The position numbers and the translations under genes are program-made. Under the pieces are notes generated by a model. That model saw only the letters and a list, made by a program, of their open reading frames with translations. It did no database searches and was not told where the DNA came from. A DNA stretch of 64,000 nt, from positions 1,152,001 to 1,216,000 of the forward strand of contig CBDEGZ010000003.1 of assembly GCA_965238175.1 (NCBI GenBank), given 5' to 3'. This DNA comes from Gammaproteobacteria bacterium. Its GTDB lineage: Bacteria > Pseudomonadota > Gammaproteobacteria > CAJXQU01. Shown piece by piece: positions 30,217-42,058 of the stretch; position 1 is the stretch's first letter; each line of letters starts with the position of its first letter.

Positions 30217-30249
30217 AAAAGGGACTGATTGTGAAATCAGTCCCTTTTT
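30217..30249 (+). terminator. katG intrinsic terminator
   Basis: aaaagggactgatt-gtga-aatcagtcccttttt. Confidence 0.85.
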
Positions 30250-30258
30250 GTAATACAG

Positions 30259-31484
30259 TGTAGAAATTCAGATTTGATCTGACAGTTACCCAATTATCAG
30301 TAACCGACTGTCAGGTTAAGTTTAATTCACAAACTTTTCCTTCCAGATAGCTTGTCCGTCGATGAGTGTTTCCATCGGCGTCCTCCCGCAGCACATTTTG
30401 CCTTGGTGAGTTCGTTGAGTATTGTATTTGAGCAACCATTCGTCAAGGTCGAGTTGCAGTTCATCAATCGATTGGTAAATTTTCTTACGCAAAGCGACTT
30501 GATAAAACTCATTGAGGATCGTCTTATGGAATCGCTCACAAATACCATTCGTCTGAGGTGATTTGACCTTGGTTTTGGTGTGTTCGATATTGTTCAACGC
30601 CATATAAAGCTGATAATCATGCTGGTCAGCTCGCCCACAATACTCCGTCCCTCTATCTGTCAAAATGCGCAACATAGGCAAACGTTGTTGTTCGTAGAAT
30701 GGGAGGACGCGGTCATTGAGCATGTCAGCTGCCGTAATCGGTATTTTAGTCGGGTACAGTTTCGCGTGAGCGACCTTGCTGTAAGTATCAACAAACGTTT
30801 GTTGATAAACCCGACCAATGCCTTTGAAAGTACCGACATAGTAAGTATCTTGCGAGCCAAGATAACCAGGGTGTGCCGTCTCTATCTCGCCACAAGCCTC
30901 ATCGTCGTCTTTCTTGCGTTCCATCGCCGCGACTTGAGACTCAGTGAGGATCAAGCCTTCACCAGCTACCTTATCAGACAATGCCTTCAGGCGATCTTTA
31001 AAGCAAGCAAGACCATGACGAAGCCAGATACAACGAACGCCACTGGGTGAGACAAATGTTCCCCGTTTGCGCAGCTCGTTACTGGTGCGCGTTTGACCAT
31101 GTGCGGGCTCTTCCAGTGCATACTCGAGCACAACGGTTTCAATAGCCGGGTCGATTCTGTTTTTAAGATTTGGGGTACGCCGATTACGATCAAACAAGGC
31201 TTCTACACCGCCTTCATCAGCCGCTTCTTTGTAGCGATAAAATGTATCTCTGGACAAACCCATCATCTTGCAGGCTTTTGAGACATTGCCGAGTTCTTCA
31301 GCGAGATTGAGTAGACCAACTTTATGTTTTATAACTTTGTCATTAGTATGAATCATGAGAGTTACCTCTTTGTGTTTTGATGTTTACGTTGCAGTTACAT
31401 CAAAGCGGGTAACTCTCACTAAATCAAGCGTCGCTACGCTCCGCTTGATTTAGTGATGTGTCAGATTGGGTCTAAACTTCTACA
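30259..31484 (-). mobile_element. IS481 element, copy 2
   Basis: Same ends as copy 1; TSD AATACAG. Confidence 0.95.
30322..31356 (-). CDS. IS481 transposase
   Basis: Two amino-acid differences from copy 1. Confidence 0.96.
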   Translation of the reverse strand: MIHTNDKVIKHKVGLLNLAEELGNVSKACKMMGLSRDTFYRYKEAADEGGVEALFDRNRRTPNLKNRIDPAIETVVLEYALEEPAHGQTRTSNELRKRGTFVSPSGVRCIWLRHGLACFKDRLKALSDKVAGEGLILTESQVAAMERKKDDDEACGEIETAHPGYLGSQDTYYVGTFKGIGRVYQQTFVDTYSKVAHAKLYPTKIPITAADMLNDRVLPFYEQQRLPMLRILTDRGTEYCGRADQHDYQLYMALNNIEHTKTKVKSPQTNGICERFHKTILNEFYQVALRKKIYQSIDELQLDLDEWLLKYNTQRTHQGKMCCGRTPMETLIDGQAIWKEKFVN

Positions 31485-31527
31485 AATACAGATATGCTTG
31501 AAGAGTGTTTAATATATTTAAGAGTTT

Positions 31528-31956
31528 TTACTGAACAATAAAGGTAGTAAACAACACTTCTTCGACTTTGAGTTTCTTTTCCAAGGTATCGAGGTGTTTA
31601 TTCATATTTTCCATGGCTTGAGTCTGTAATTCTGCTCTTGCATCAGCCGATTGCAGTTCTTGTTTGGTTTTGCTGGAAAGTAGCATAACTAGTTCATGTC
31701 TGATCGGCGCTTTGTGAAATCGGAGTTTGTCAGCGACGTCTTCGCCCAAGGCAACAAGTTGTACTTCCGCTTTCAAGTAGCTTGATGGTGTAGTATTGCC
31801 TAAGTTCACAACAAAAGCGGGAGCAAAATCAACGTACATAGTTTCAGGTTCTTCTACTTCCTCACCTTCTTCGTCTTCTGCGTAGACTGCAGAAAAGTTG
31901 ATTGCCAAGAATGCCATAAGTAATAGTTGGAATAAGCGTATATTGAATTTATGCAA
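31528..31956 (-). CDS. fliL: FliL family protein (stand-alone)
   Basis: YVDFAPAFVVNL, PIRHELVMLLS, VEEVLFTTFIVQ. Confidence 0.85.
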   Translation of the reverse strand: MHKFNIRLFQLLLMAFLAINFSAVYAEDEEGEEVEEPETMYVDFAPAFVVNLGNTTPSSYLKAEVQLVALGEDVADKLRFHKAPIRHELVMLLSSKTKQELQSADARAELQTQAMENMNKHLDTLEKKLKVEEVLFTTFIVQ

Positions 31957-32001
31957 TTTGAGAACCTCTTGTCAGATTAATTCAGCACAATATTGAGAGC
32001 C

Positions 32002-32032
32002 AAAAAAAGGCGAACCTGAGTTCGCCTTTTTA
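32002..32032 (-). terminator. acnB terminator
   Basis: aaaaaggcgaac-ctga-gttcgccttttt. Confidence 0.85.
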
Positions 32033-32051
32033 TTAAATGATAACTAACGTA

Positions 32052-34670
32052 TCAATTAGCAACTCTAACCGGTATATCGGCCAATTTTGCTGGAGCTTCA
32101 GCTGCTTTTTCAGTGTATTCTGCAATTTCATCAAAATTCAGATAGCGATAGATATCATCTGCCATGGGATCAATTTTTGATGCAAATTCCATATACTCTT
32201 CTTTATTAGGAATTTTACCGAGAATTGAGGCTACTGCGGCTATCTCAGCTGAAGAAAGATATACATTTGCACCATCGCCAAGACGATTTGGGAAGTTACG
32301 AGTTGAAGTCGAAACTACTGTAGAATTTGCCGCAACTCGTGCCTGGTTACCCATGCAGAGCGAACAACCCGCCATTTCTGTTCTGGCGCCTGCTTTGCCA
32401 TAAATGCTGTAGTAACCTTCAGCAGTAAGTTGTGCTTCATCCATTTTTGTTGGCGGTGCAACCCAAAGACGCGTTGGGATGACTTCTTTAAATTGCTCAA
32501 GCATTTTACCAGCAGCACGGAAGTGACCAATATTGGTCATACATGATCCAAGGAAGACTTCATCGATCTTGGTGCCAGCAACGTCAGCTAATGTTTTCAC
32601 ATCATCCGGATCATTCGGGCAAGCAAGAATTGGCTCATGAATTTTATTCATGTCGATTTCGATGATGGTATGATATTCCGCATCAGCATCAGCCTCCATT
32701 AACTCCGGATTTTTGATCCATTCTTCCATTGCTAAAGCACGGCGTTCTAATGTACGAGGGTCGCCATAATCATTCGCAATCATCCAACGTAGCATTGTGA
32801 TGTTAGAGTTTAGATATTCGATGATTGGTTTTTTATCCAATTTGATCGTACAACCTGCTGCTGAGCGCTCAGCAGACGCATCCGATAATTCGAATGCTTG
32901 CTCGACTTTAAGCTGAGGTAGACCTTCGATTTCAAGAACACGTCCAGAGAAAACGTTTTTCTTACCTTTTTTCTCTACCGTTAGAAGTCCCATTTCCAGT
33001 GCTTTCAAAGGAATTGCATTAACCAGATCACGCAGAGTGATCCCCGGCTGCATTTCACCAGAGAATCGAACAAGTACTGATTCAGGCATATCCAAGGGCA
33101 TAACGCCCGTTGCAGCTGCAAATGCAACCAGACCAGAACCGGCAGGAAAAGAAATACCGATCGGAAAACGTGTATGCGAATCACCACCCGTACCAACCGT
33201 ATCAGGCAGCAACATACGGTTTAACCAGGAGTGAATAACACCATCACCTGGTCGTAAAGAAACACCGCCACGAGTCATAATGAAATCAGGTAGCGTGTGA
33301 TGCGTGTTGACGTCAATGGGTTTTGGATAGGCAGCTGTATGACAAAAAGATTGCATAGTCAGATCAGCGGAGAAGCCAAGACAAGCCAGATCTTTCAACT
33401 CATCACGTGTCATCGGGCCTGTTGTATCTTGTGATCCAACAGTTGTCATCTTAGGTTCGCAGTAGGTATCTGGTCGAATGCCATCAACACCACATGCTTT
33501 ACCGACCATTTTTTGTGCAAGTGTATAACCCTTGCCGGTATCAACCGCAGGAACGGGTACACGGAATAGATCTGTTACGCCCAAGCCTAGTGCTTCTCTT
33601 GCACGAGTCGTTAGACCACGACCAATGATCAAAGGAATACGTCCGCCTGCGCGAACCTCATCCAAAAGGATCTCTGTTTTCAGACCGAAATCACATAAAG
33701 TATCACCACTGTTAGCATTTTTAACCAGACCTTCATAAGGGTAGATATCAACAACATCACCCGTATTCAAATTATTGACATCACATTCAATCGGTAATGC
33801 ACCAGCATCTTCCAGCGTGTTAAAGAAAATAGGTGCAATTTTGCCACCAAGACAAAAACCACCAGCACGTTTGTTTGGAATGAAAGGAATATCATCGCCT
33901 GTATGCCAAAGCACAGAGTTAACCGCAGATTTACGTGAAGAACCGGTACCGACAACATCACCAACATAAGCTAAAGGGTGGCCTTTTTCTTTCAACGTTT
34001 CGATTTGTTTGATCGGACCAACAGTACCTTGCTGATCAGGATTAATACCTTCACGTTCCATTTTTAACATCGCTTGTGCGTGCAATGGGATATCTGGTCG
34101 TGACCAGGCATCTGGTGCAGGTGAAAGATCATCTGTATTTGTTTCACCTGTGACTTTGAAAACAGTGACGGTAATTTTTTCTGCCAGTTCAGGCTTACTC
34201 GTAAACCACTCGCCGTTAGCCAAGGACTCGATAATTTTTTTAGCGTGAGTATTACCGGCTTTCATTTTTTCTTCGACATCATAAAAGGCATCGAACATTA
34301 ATAATGTATGAGAAAGTGCTTCAATCGCAGGAGCAGCAATCTCTTCATCATCAAGTGCGTCGATCAAAGGTACGATGTTATAGCCGCCCAACATTGTGCC
34401 GAGTAGCTCTGTTGCTTTGACTTTATCGATGAGAGGAGAACTTGCTTCGCTTTTTGTAATCGCCGCCAGAAAACCCGCTTTTACATAAGCAGCCTGATCA
34501 ACACCGGCTGGTACACGATTGATCAAAAGATCAAGAATAAAATCTTCTTCACCAGCAGGTGGGTTTTTTAATAGTTCTACCAGATCAGCAGTTTGTTCAG
34601 GTGACAAAGGTTGAGGAACAATCCCCTCAGCGGCACGTTCTTCGACATGTTTGCGATAAGCTTCAAGCAC
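32052..34670 (-). CDS. acnB: Aconitate hydratase B
   Basis: [50 protein letters not shown]. Confidence 0.98.
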   Translation of the reverse strand: MLEAYRKHVEERAAEGIVPQPLSPEQTADLVELLKNPPAGEEDFILDLLINRVPAGVDQAAYVKAGFLAAITKSEASSPLIDKVKATELLGTMLGGYNIVPLIDALDDEEIAAPAIEALSHTLLMFDAFYDVEEKMKAGNTHAKKIIESLANGEWFTSKPELAEKITVTVFKVTGETNTDDLSPAPDAWSRPDIPLHAQAMLKMEREGINPDQQGTVGPIKQIETLKEKGHPLAYVGDVVGTGSSRKSAVNSVLWHTGDDIPFIPNKRAGGFCLGGKIAPIFFNTLEDAGALPIECDVNNLNTGDVVDIYPYEGLVKNANSGDTLCDFGLKTEILLDEVRAGGRIPLIIGRGLTTRAREALGLGVTDLFRVPVPAVDTGKGYTLAQKMVGKACGVDGIRPDTYCEPKMTTVGSQDTTGPMTRDELKDLACLGFSADLTMQSFCHTAAYPKPIDVNTHHTLPDFIMTRGGVSLRPGDGVIHSWLNRMLLPDTVGTGGDSHTRFPIGISFPAGSGLVAFAAATGVMPLDMPESVLVRFSGEMQPGITLRDLVNAIPLKALEMGLLTVEKKGKKNVFSGRVLEIEGLPQLKVEQAFELSDASAERSAAGCTIKLDKKPIIEYLNSNITMLRWMIANDYGDPRTLERRALAMEEWIKNPELMEADADAEYHTIIEIDMNKIHEPILACPNDPDDVKTLADVAGTKIDEVFLGSCMTNIGHFRAAGKMLEQFKEVIPTRLWVAPPTKMDEAQLTAEGYYSIYGKAGARTEMAGCSLCMGNQARVAANSTVVSTSTRNFPNRLGDGANVYLSSAEIAAVASILGKIPNKEEYMEFASKIDPMADDIYRYLNFDEIAEYTEKAAEAPAKLADIPVRVAN

Positions 34671-34895
34671 GATATTTTCTCCAGAGTATGTGCGCCAGTT
34701 TCCTTACTAACACTTAGAAATGAATAGTTGTAAAAGTGAACCGTTAATTATAGTGGATTTTTGATAAGAAGCGTAGTCGGGCTCGGAAAACGAAAACCTT
34801 GGTATTTATTGATACACAGTAATCAATTATCTATGTACAAATAACGACAGAGCAGATTATTTACGGAAAATATTCGGGTGTGAACTCAATCGAGA

Positions 34896-35611
34896 TCAAG
34901 AACCTAAGAAGTAGCTAAGACGACTGTCGAAGTTGGTTAAAGAATATTCAACTGACTCAGAACACTCAGCCACTGCGTCTAGCGATATTTTCTTTTCTTG
35001 CGGATCGTAAACGAACAAATTGCCACTTAACGGGTTTGTCGCAAGATCAGGATTGTTTTGAATAAAAGTCGCAATCTGGGATGACGGAATATTCTTTTCT
35101 TTCAATAGCACAATAAAACGCAGTAGTTCTCTTCGAGCATGATAGGAATGCTGTGCAAGATATAGGCTTAAAATACAGATCTCGAAGTTGATAGATCAAA
35201 GGTATTAGCTATCTGTTCTGAAGGGCCAAATTTTATTAATTGTTTTATGTGATCGAATAGCTGGTTGCTTTCTCGTGAATAGGATTTTCTGATTTTGGTT
35301 TTAGAGCAGAGTTCTTTGAATGGTAAATGTGTATTTGCTAAAAACTCTTGAGCATTTTTATAAGCGTCATTTGAGTTTTGGTTTTTGTCCAAGCCAACAT
35401 AGTATTGGATCAATTTCTCCAACAAAGGGGATTTTGACGTAATCACTTTCTCTGGTTTGTTCAATCTTTATGATCAAATTTTTGTTTCTCTTGATCAGAA
35501 ATATGAATAAAAAAATGCCTCAGCTTCAGGATTAACGCGTGATAAATAAACCGCCCATCCGATTAAAAGGATTAGGGAAAGGATCAAAAAACGTATGAGG
35601 AATTTTTTCAT
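34896..35611 (-). pseudogene. Fragmented hypothetical membrane-anchored protein
   Basis: ATG 35611 MKKFLIRFLILSLILLIGWAVY then stops and frameshifts; fragments 35168-35464 and 34896-35111 on the same strand. Confidence 0.4.
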
Positions 35612-36006
35612 GGGTTTTAATTATTTGTTTCTAAACCATGTAACAGTATTTTCAATTGCAAGGTAGCAGATCGAAATTTATAACCCAAGTCACCTTGAGT
35701 TTTATTGCGGGAGAAAAAATTGAAAAATTATAGATCCTGTTTTAGTTTTTCGGCTAGTGCGATACTTGCATCTTGAGTCTCGTTAAGTTTATCGGATTCT
35801 ATAACGATGATAATTAATCTGAAAATTGCTGGAAAGTGTTTTCGTATTAGATATGATCTGTTCGCCAGTCAATATCCTCTTACAAACCGAGTGAGCTCTC
35901 GATCTTATTTGTTGCGCATATGATCATAAAATGTGACGGAAATAAAATAAGGCCCACCAGTTTCCTGGCAGGCTTTTATGGTAACCGAATTCTAAGTGTT
36001 AGCGGC

Positions 36007-36450
36007 TTAGTTAACAGTTTGCCAGCGTCCATCGTTTTGACGACACGCCGTTCCATAAACGGTTTCAACCCGGCCATCAATAGTCGCATTAGTACGGTAT
36101 TCACGACATGGGCCAGCAGCGGTTTCGTATGTGTGCGTAGGAGTGACTGCATACTGAACACCTGAATCGGGATTCTGCCAACGAGAAGTGGAGCCTGTTC
36201 GGGCATGTTCAAATGTACGGTTTGCTTTCATTTGATCCAGTTCATCCATACTTGCTCCAACCGAGCTGCCTAACATAGCACCGGCAAGAGTTCCTGCGGC
36301 AGTTGCAACTAACCGACCACTTCCACCTCCAATGGTACTGCCCACATAACCACCGACAATTGCGCCGGTTGTTGATCCAATAGTTTGTTTATTACAGCCC
36401 GCCAAAAAAGCCAGACTGGCGAGAAGAATTATTGTGATTAGCTTGTTCAT
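36007..36450 (-). CDS. 17-kDa surface antigen-like lipoprotein (glycine zipper, RT0821/Lpp0805)
   Basis: RBS ggagga, lipobox LAGC, glycine zipper, W.NPDSG, CREY, GTACRQ.DG.W. Confidence 0.9.
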   Translation of the reverse strand: MNKLITIILLASLAFLAGCNKQTIGSTTGAIVGGYVGSTIGGGSGRLVATAAGTLAGAMLGSSVGASMDELDQMKANRTFEHARTGSTSRWQNPDSGVQYAVTPTHTYETAAGPCREYRTNATIDGRVETVYGTACRQNDGRWQTVN

Positions 36451-36601
36451 CTGGTGTGTCCTCCACCGGTATTTGACAGTGAATTTAAAAACTAGCGCAA
36501 ATATTCGCACGCAGTGACTGAACGAATCCTTAATAAGACATTAAGGGTTTGGACAAGATCAGGAGTCATTATTCAAAATTTCAGGTTGATAAAGAAGTCG
36601 T

Positions 36602-37366
36602 TTATTCGATGATAAGTACGCCGCCTTCTGCATCATCATCTTCGCTAAAAAAGTCATCCAGTTCTTCTGCAGGTGGATTGCCGTCATAGATTAAGGATGT
36701 TCTATGCTGGCGATATGCTTCTCGTGTAAATGCGTATGGATCAAGTGCCGCTTCATCTCTGAATGTCGAAGCATCGAGCAAATTCGCACGTTCATCAACA
36801 AATCTCAGGATAGTTAAGGGAATAGATATTCCGGAAGACAAATAGGTGATCGGGTTTAACAGCGTACTTGTTATTAAGTCAGGGGCGTCACGTGTTGAAC
36901 TGGATCCTAAAAGTGGCAGATTCAGATAAGCCCCTTCGCCTGCTCCCCAAGTTCCGAATGTCTGACCTAGATCTTCTTCATGTTTTACTAACCCTGCTGA
37001 AGAGGCAGGATCAAAAAATCCAAGAATACCGATTGTGCTATTGATAAGGAATCGGGCGGAATCGCCAATAGCCTGTTTAAATTTGCCTTGTAAAACATCG
37101 TTGAAGATAACGTTAATTGATTCAAGATTATCAAAGAAGTTGGTCATACTATTTCGTACGGGTTTAGGTGTAACGGCAACATAGCCTTTCGACACTGGTT
37201 TCATCACGCCTCTATCAAGCCCATCATTAAATCCATAAATTGGTCGATTAATTCCTTCCAGCGGATCAGTTTCATCTCTGGTTGCGCCGGTTTGGCAGCC
37301 AGTAGTTAGAAGGGTTGTGCATAGTAAAATCAGTACAATTAGTTTTTTTAGTAATCCAAATTTCAT
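36602..37366 (-). CDS. mlaA: MlaA/VacJ lipoprotein
   Basis: DPLEGINR, RFLINSTIG, EDLGQT, DPYAF.REAY. Confidence 0.94.
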   Translation of the reverse strand: MKFGLLKKLIVLILLCTTLLTTGCQTGATRDETDPLEGINRPIYGFNDGLDRGVMKPVSKGYVAVTPKPVRNSMTNFFDNLESINVIFNDVLQGKFKQAIGDSARFLINSTIGILGFFDPASSAGLVKHEEDLGQTFGTWGAGEGAYLNLPLLGSSSTRDAPDLITSTLLNPITYLSSGISIPLTILRFVDERANLLDASTFRDEAALDPYAFTREAYRQHRTSLIYDGNPPAEELDDFFSEDDDAEGGVLIIE

Positions 37367-37704
37367 GTGGCGCCTCAAGCAATGTACGTAATAATCACGT
37401 TAATTTACAATTTTAGTTTCATCAACTTGACCCTCCACCGATTGATGCTCCTAATCTTTCAATTTTAACAAGCAACTTTCCTACCAGTCTATCAAAACCT
37501 TCGGATTTAATAATGGCGAACTTATTGAAGGAGGAAAATCACTTGCTTTTTTTAAGGAGGGTTATTATACGTCATTCAGTGATTTTCTAGTGTTAAATAA
37601 TAGGTAATGTTTTGATTCAGAATTAGATGGTACTTTATGTTTTTATAGGCACAAGAGCATATTTCTCAGGAAAGTAACGGATAATACACATTAAATTAAA
37701 AGGA

Positions 37705-37741
37705 GTTTATAGCCTATAACTTTGAATTATAGGCTATAAAC
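37705..37741. repeat. Perfect 15-bp inverted repeat
   Basis: gtttatagcctataa-ctttgaa-ttataggctataaac. Confidence 0.7.
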
Positions 37742-37791
37742 TGGCTGAGCCTAATCTTATATTAAAGTACGTGAAACCAGCTATGATAAAC

Positions 37792-39017
37792 TGTAGAAAT
37801 TCAGACTTGATCTGACAGTTACCCCTTTTTCTGTAACTGACTGTCAGGTTAAGTTTAGTTCACAAACTTTTCCTTCCAGATAGCTTGTCCGTCGATGAGT
37901 GTTTCCATCGGCGTCCTCCCGCAGCACATTTTGCCTTGGTGAGTTCGTTGAGTATTGTATTTGAGCAACCATTCGTCAAGGTCGAGTTGCAGTTCATCAA
38001 TCGATTGGTAAATTTTCTTACGCAAAGCGACTTGATAAAACTCATTGAGGATCGTCTTATGGAATCGCTCACAAATACCATTCGTCTGAGGTGATTTGAC
38101 CTTGGTTTTGGTGTGTTCGATATTGTTCAACGCCATATAAAGCTGATAATCATGCTGGTCAGCTCGCCCACAATACTCCGTCCCTCTATCTGTCAAAATG
38201 CGCAACATAGGCAAACGTTGTTGTTCGTAGAATGGGAGGACGCGGTCATTGAGCATGTCAGCTGCCGTAATCGGTGTTTTAGTCGGGTACAGTTTCGCGT
38301 GAGCGACCTTGCTGTAAGTATCAACAAACGTTTGTTGATAAACCCGACCAATGCCTTTGAAAGTACCGACATAGTAAGTATCTTGCGAGCCAAGATAACC
38401 AGGGTGTGCCGTCTCTATCTCGCCACAAGCCTCATCGTCGTCTTTCTTGCGTTCCATCGCCGCGACTTGAGACTCAGTGAGGATCAAGCCTTCACCAGCT
38501 ACCTTATCAGACAATGCCTTCAGGCGATCTTTAAAGCAAGCAAGACCATGACGAAGCCAGATACAACGAACGCCACTGGGTGAGACAAATGTTCCCCGTT
38601 TGCGCAGCTCGTTACTGGTGCGCGTTTGACCATGTGCGGGCTCTTCCAGTGCATACTCGAGCACAACGGTTTCAATAGCCGGGTCGATTCTGTTTTTAAG
38701 ATTTGGGGTACGCCGATTACGATCAAACAAGGCTTCTACACCGCCTTCATCAGCCGCTTCTTTGTAGCGATAAAATGTATCTCTGGACAAACCCATCATC
38801 TTGCAGGCTTTTGAGACATTGCCGAGTTCTTCAGCGAGATTGAGTAGACCAACTTTATGTTTTATAACTTTGTCATTAGTATGAATCATGAGAGTTACCT
38901 CTTTGTGTTTTGATGTTTACGTTGCAGTTACATCAAAGCGGGTAACTCTCACTAAATCAAGCGTCGCTACGCTCCGCTTGATTTAGTGATGTGTCAGATT
39001 GGGTCTAAACTTCTACA
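37792..39017 (-). mobile_element. IS481 element, copy 3 (divergent right end)
   Basis: TSD GATAAAC; 7 substitutions in the terminal 70 bp relative to copy 2. Confidence 0.95.
37855..38889 (-). CDS. IS481 transposase
   Basis: Near-identical to copies 1 and 2. Confidence 0.96.
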   Translation of the reverse strand: MIHTNDKVIKHKVGLLNLAEELGNVSKACKMMGLSRDTFYRYKEAADEGGVEALFDRNRRTPNLKNRIDPAIETVVLEYALEEPAHGQTRTSNELRKRGTFVSPSGVRCIWLRHGLACFKDRLKALSDKVAGEGLILTESQVAAMERKKDDDEACGEIETAHPGYLGSQDTYYVGTFKGIGRVYQQTFVDTYSKVAHAKLYPTKTPITAADMLNDRVLPFYEQQRLPMLRILTDRGTEYCGRADQHDYQLYMALNNIEHTKTKVKSPQTNGICERFHKTILNEFYQVALRKKIYQSIDELQLDLDEWLLKYNTQRTHQGKMCCGRTPMETLIDGQAIWKEKFVN

Positions 39018-39225
39018 GATAAACTAATGCAGTATTAGTCTTCGCTGAGAGTGTCTGAACAAATTATTAGCACTATTTTCTTTTTCCAAAGACTCTTTCT
39101 ACTCGACCAAGCTCATAAGTTGCATTTGTTTTTACCCGCAATAATAGTGAATAGGGTTACCTCCTTGCATGATTGAATGTCACTCCCCATAATTGCAGTT
39201 TTCGTATGAAATGTGATTTTTGAAA

Positions 39226-41091
39226 ATGGATGATACACAAATCCCTTTACTTTCCAAAATAGATTCACCGGCAGATCTACGCAAACTAACCGAAACCCAG
39301 TTGCTGTCACTAGCAACCGAGTTACGTGCTTTTTTGTTGGGTGTCGTCAGTCAAAGTGGTGGTCATTTTGCTGCAGGTTTAGGAACAGTAGAGCTTACCG
39401 TTGCCTTACATTATCTCTATAACACACCAGAGGACCGGTTAGTTTGGGATGTCGGTCATCAAGCTTATCCGCATAAAATATTGACTGGTCGTCGCGATAG
39501 GATGACAACAATTCGTCAGAAGGGTGGTGTTTCACCTTTTCCAAACAGAGAAGAAAGTCCCTACGATACTTTTGGTGTTGGCCATTCTAGCACCTCGATT
39601 AGCGCAGCACTTGGTATGCAGATAGCGTCTGATCGTACAGGATCAAATCGGAAGTGTGTCGCGATTATTGGAGATGGTGGTATGACCGCAGGTTTGCCAT
39701 TTGAAGCTATGAATCACGCAGGAGCTGTGGGATCTGATCTTTTGGTGATACTCAACGATAATAATATGTCAATCTCGCCAAATGTTGGTGCGTTATCAAA
39801 TCACTTTGCTCAAGTATTATCAGGAAAAATCTATTCAACTGTGCGCGAGGGTGGCAAAAAAGTCCTGTCGAATATGCCTTCTGTTAAAGAGCTTGCTCAT
39901 CGTTTAGAGGAACACGCTAAAGGTTTGATCGTGCCGGGAACCTTATTTGAAGAGCTTGGTTTTAACTATATTGGCCCTATCGATGGTCACGATTTACCCG
40001 TTCTGATGAACACTTTACGTAATATAAAACGACTTAAGGGGCCGCAACTCCTGCATATACATACTAAAAAAGGTAAAGGCTATGAAAAAGCAGAAGCGGA
40101 TCCTGTTAAATATCATGGTGTATCACCTTTTGATCCTGAAAAAGGAATCATCTCTTCAGGTAAATCATCACCAGTGACTTATACAAATGTATTTAGCGAC
40201 TGGGTTTGTGATATGGCCGCAGAAGATGATCGGCTTGTTGCAATTACACCTGCGATGAGAGAAGGGTCAGGGTTAGTTCGTTTTGAAAAAGAATATCCTG
40301 ATCGCTATTTTGATGTTGCCATAGCAGAACAACATGCAGTGAATATTGCCGCAGGTATGGCCTGCGATGGCTTGAAACCGGTTGTCGCTATTTATTCGAC
40401 CTTTTTGCAGCGTGGTTATGATCAATTATTACATGATGTTGCTTTGCAAAATTTGCCCGTAATGTTCGCCATTGATCGGGCCGGTTTGGTCGGAGCAGAT
40501 GGCCCTACACATAATGGTATTTATGATTATTCCTTCATGCGTTGTTTACCGAACATGGTCATTATGGCACCGGCAGATGAGAACGAATGTCGACAGATGC
40601 TATATACAGGTATGCAACTAGATCAACCATCTTCAGTTCGATACCCTAGAGGTGATGGACCAGGGGTTAAGGTTCAAAAGGAAATGGTTGCTTTACCTGT
40701 TGGAAAAGCAGAAGTCAGAAAACAAAGTGAAAATAAGCAGTTGGCAATATTAGCCTTTGGGACAATGGTCACAGCAGCAATGGAAGTTGCGGAAGAAATT
40801 GATGCGACGATTGTAAATATGCGTTTCGTAAAACCACTAGATGTTGAGATGGTGAAAAAAATAGCTGATGAATATGCACAAATCATCACTATTGAAGAAA
40901 ATGTGATTGAGGGTGGTGCGGGTTCAGCTGTTGCGGAGACCTTGTCAGCGGCAGGTATTGTGACTAACATGCATCATTTGGGAATACCAGATCGGTTAAT
41001 TCATCATGGTTCTCAAGCAGAAATGTTGGAAGATTGTGGGTTAACCGCAGGGCAGATTAAGGGAAAAATCAACGCATTAGTTAATAATTAA
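39226..41091 (+). CDS. dxs: 1-deoxy-D-xylulose-5-phosphate synthase
   Basis: [37 protein letters not shown]; start 39220 or 39226. Confidence 0.98.
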   Translation: MDDTQIPLLSKIDSPADLRKLTETQLLSLATELRAFLLGVVSQSGGHFAAGLGTVELTVALHYLYNTPEDRLVWDVGHQAYPHKILTGRRDRMTTIRQKGGVSPFPNREESPYDTFGVGHSSTSISAALGMQIASDRTGSNRKCVAIIGDGGMTAGLPFEAMNHAGAVGSDLLVILNDNNMSISPNVGALSNHFAQVLSGKIYSTVREGGKKVLSNMPSVKELAHRLEEHAKGLIVPGTLFEELGFNYIGPIDGHDLPVLMNTLRNIKRLKGPQLLHIHTKKGKGYEKAEADPVKYHGVSPFDPEKGIISSGKSSPVTYTNVFSDWVCDMAAEDDRLVAITPAMREGSGLVRFEKEYPDRYFDVAIAEQHAVNIAAGMACDGLKPVVAIYSTFLQRGYDQLLHDVALQNLPVMFAIDRAGLVGADGPTHNGIYDYSFMRCLPNMVIMAPADENECRQMLYTGMQLDQPSSVRYPRGDGPGVKVQKEMVALPVGKAEVRKQSENKQLAILAFGTMVTAAMEVAEEIDATIVNMRFVKPLDVEMVKKIADEYAQIITIEENVIEGGAGSAVAETLSAAGIVTNMHHLGIPDRLIHHGSQAEMLEDCGLTAGQIKGKINALVNN

Positions 41092-41261
41092 GCAAGATTC
41101 AGAAACAAAATAACAATAAAGTTCAAGCTGATGGAGTAGTAACAGGTTAGTAGGGATAACCACGAACTGTATAGATTGGTAACGTACATTTCTTATAAAA
41201 AGTGTCGCTAGTAGGTAACGCAATTTAGAGGTTTTGTGATTTGTTAAATACTGGGGGCACG

Positions 41262-41310
41262 CTAACTATTTGATAGTGGGGTTAAATATTGGATTGGCAT
41301 GATTGATGCT
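41262..41310 (+). promoter_or_regulatory. IHF site plus sigma54 promoter of the VPLPA-CTERM gene
   Basis: taactatttgata (IHF consensus on minus strand); TGGCATGATTGATGCT (GG-N10-GC) at 41295-41310. Confidence 0.7.
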
Positions 41311-41320
41311 ATGTATAACA

Positions 41321-41360
41321 TGTTAGTGTTAACAATTTCATGTTAGTGTTAACAATTTCA
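41321..41360 (+). repeat. Perfect 20-bp tandem duplication
   Basis: tgttagtgttaacaatttca x2. Confidence 0.9.
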
Positions 41361-41407
41361 GGTTTTTTCTGAAAATATTTTTGTACAATTAGAAAAAGGA
41401 GTTAATT

Positions 41408-42016
41408 ATGGGTTTTACAATCAAAAAGGCAGGGGTTATAGCAAGCATACTTACAAGTATTACTATTTACTCGTCTGCAGCGTCAGCGATTGTGGTTGAT
41501 TTTACTGGCAGTGGTGGCAATTTAGGCACAACAGCAATGTTTAATACAGGCTTTGTTGATGTTGCATCAACTGGGTCAGGTGGAGGAGCGCTTTATCAAG
41601 ATTCTGATGGTTTGGGTGTTATTGGTGCAGGTGACTCAGACGAAATCAATGGTAGAGTCGAAGTCGTTACCGTCACATTCGATCAAGCTGTAAGTATAAA
41701 TTCTATTACGGTAGATGATTTATGGTTGGATACGGGTGATGTAGGTGCGGGTTATCAGATTAATGGAACGGGAACAATATTTAATATTGCAGCAGTAAAC
41801 AATCGTTCAAGTAATCTACCAACAGTTTCTACATTTGGGACACCATTTTCTAGTGTTACCTCACTTACTTTCTTTGCAGGGGTATTAGATGATACAGCAA
41901 GGGGCTATGCGCTAAGAGCAATTGACTACGATGTTGCCGCAGTTCCAGTGCCTGCAGCGTTCTGGTTGTTAGGCTCGGCGATGGTGTTCCTTTTCAGGAA
42001 ACGTAAAGTCGGTTAA
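41408..42016 (+). CDS. PEP-CTERM/VPLPA-CTERM exosortase substrate
   Basis: Signal peptide; C-terminal VPVPAAFWLLGSA + TM + RKRK. Confidence 0.9.
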   Translation: MGFTIKKAGVIASILTSITIYSSAASAIVVDFTGSGGNLGTTAMFNTGFVDVASTGSGGGALYQDSDGLGVIGAGDSDEINGRVEVVTVTFDQAVSINSITVDDLWLDTGDVGAGYQINGTGTIFNIAAVNNRSSNLPTVSTFGTPFSSVTSLTFFAGVLDDTARGYALRAIDYDVAAVPVPAAFWLLGSAMVFLFRKRKVG

Positions 42017-42058
42017 AGCGAGAAAGTTGTTCTAAATACATATAGTTCTGATGTTCGG

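Noticed and set aside
23713-31484. Composite transposon of inverted IS481 copies carrying prpF and katG
   Set aside because: Each IS481 has its own matching 7-bp TSD (GGTTATG, AATACAG), so the insertions are independent.
30259-39017. Composite transposon of direct IS481 copies carrying acnB and mlaA
   Set aside because: Separate intact TSDs; the cargo is core housekeeping genes.
41321-41360. CRISPR-like repeat
   Set aside because: Two adjacent copies with no spacer and no cas genes; no CRISPR array seen anywhere in the window.
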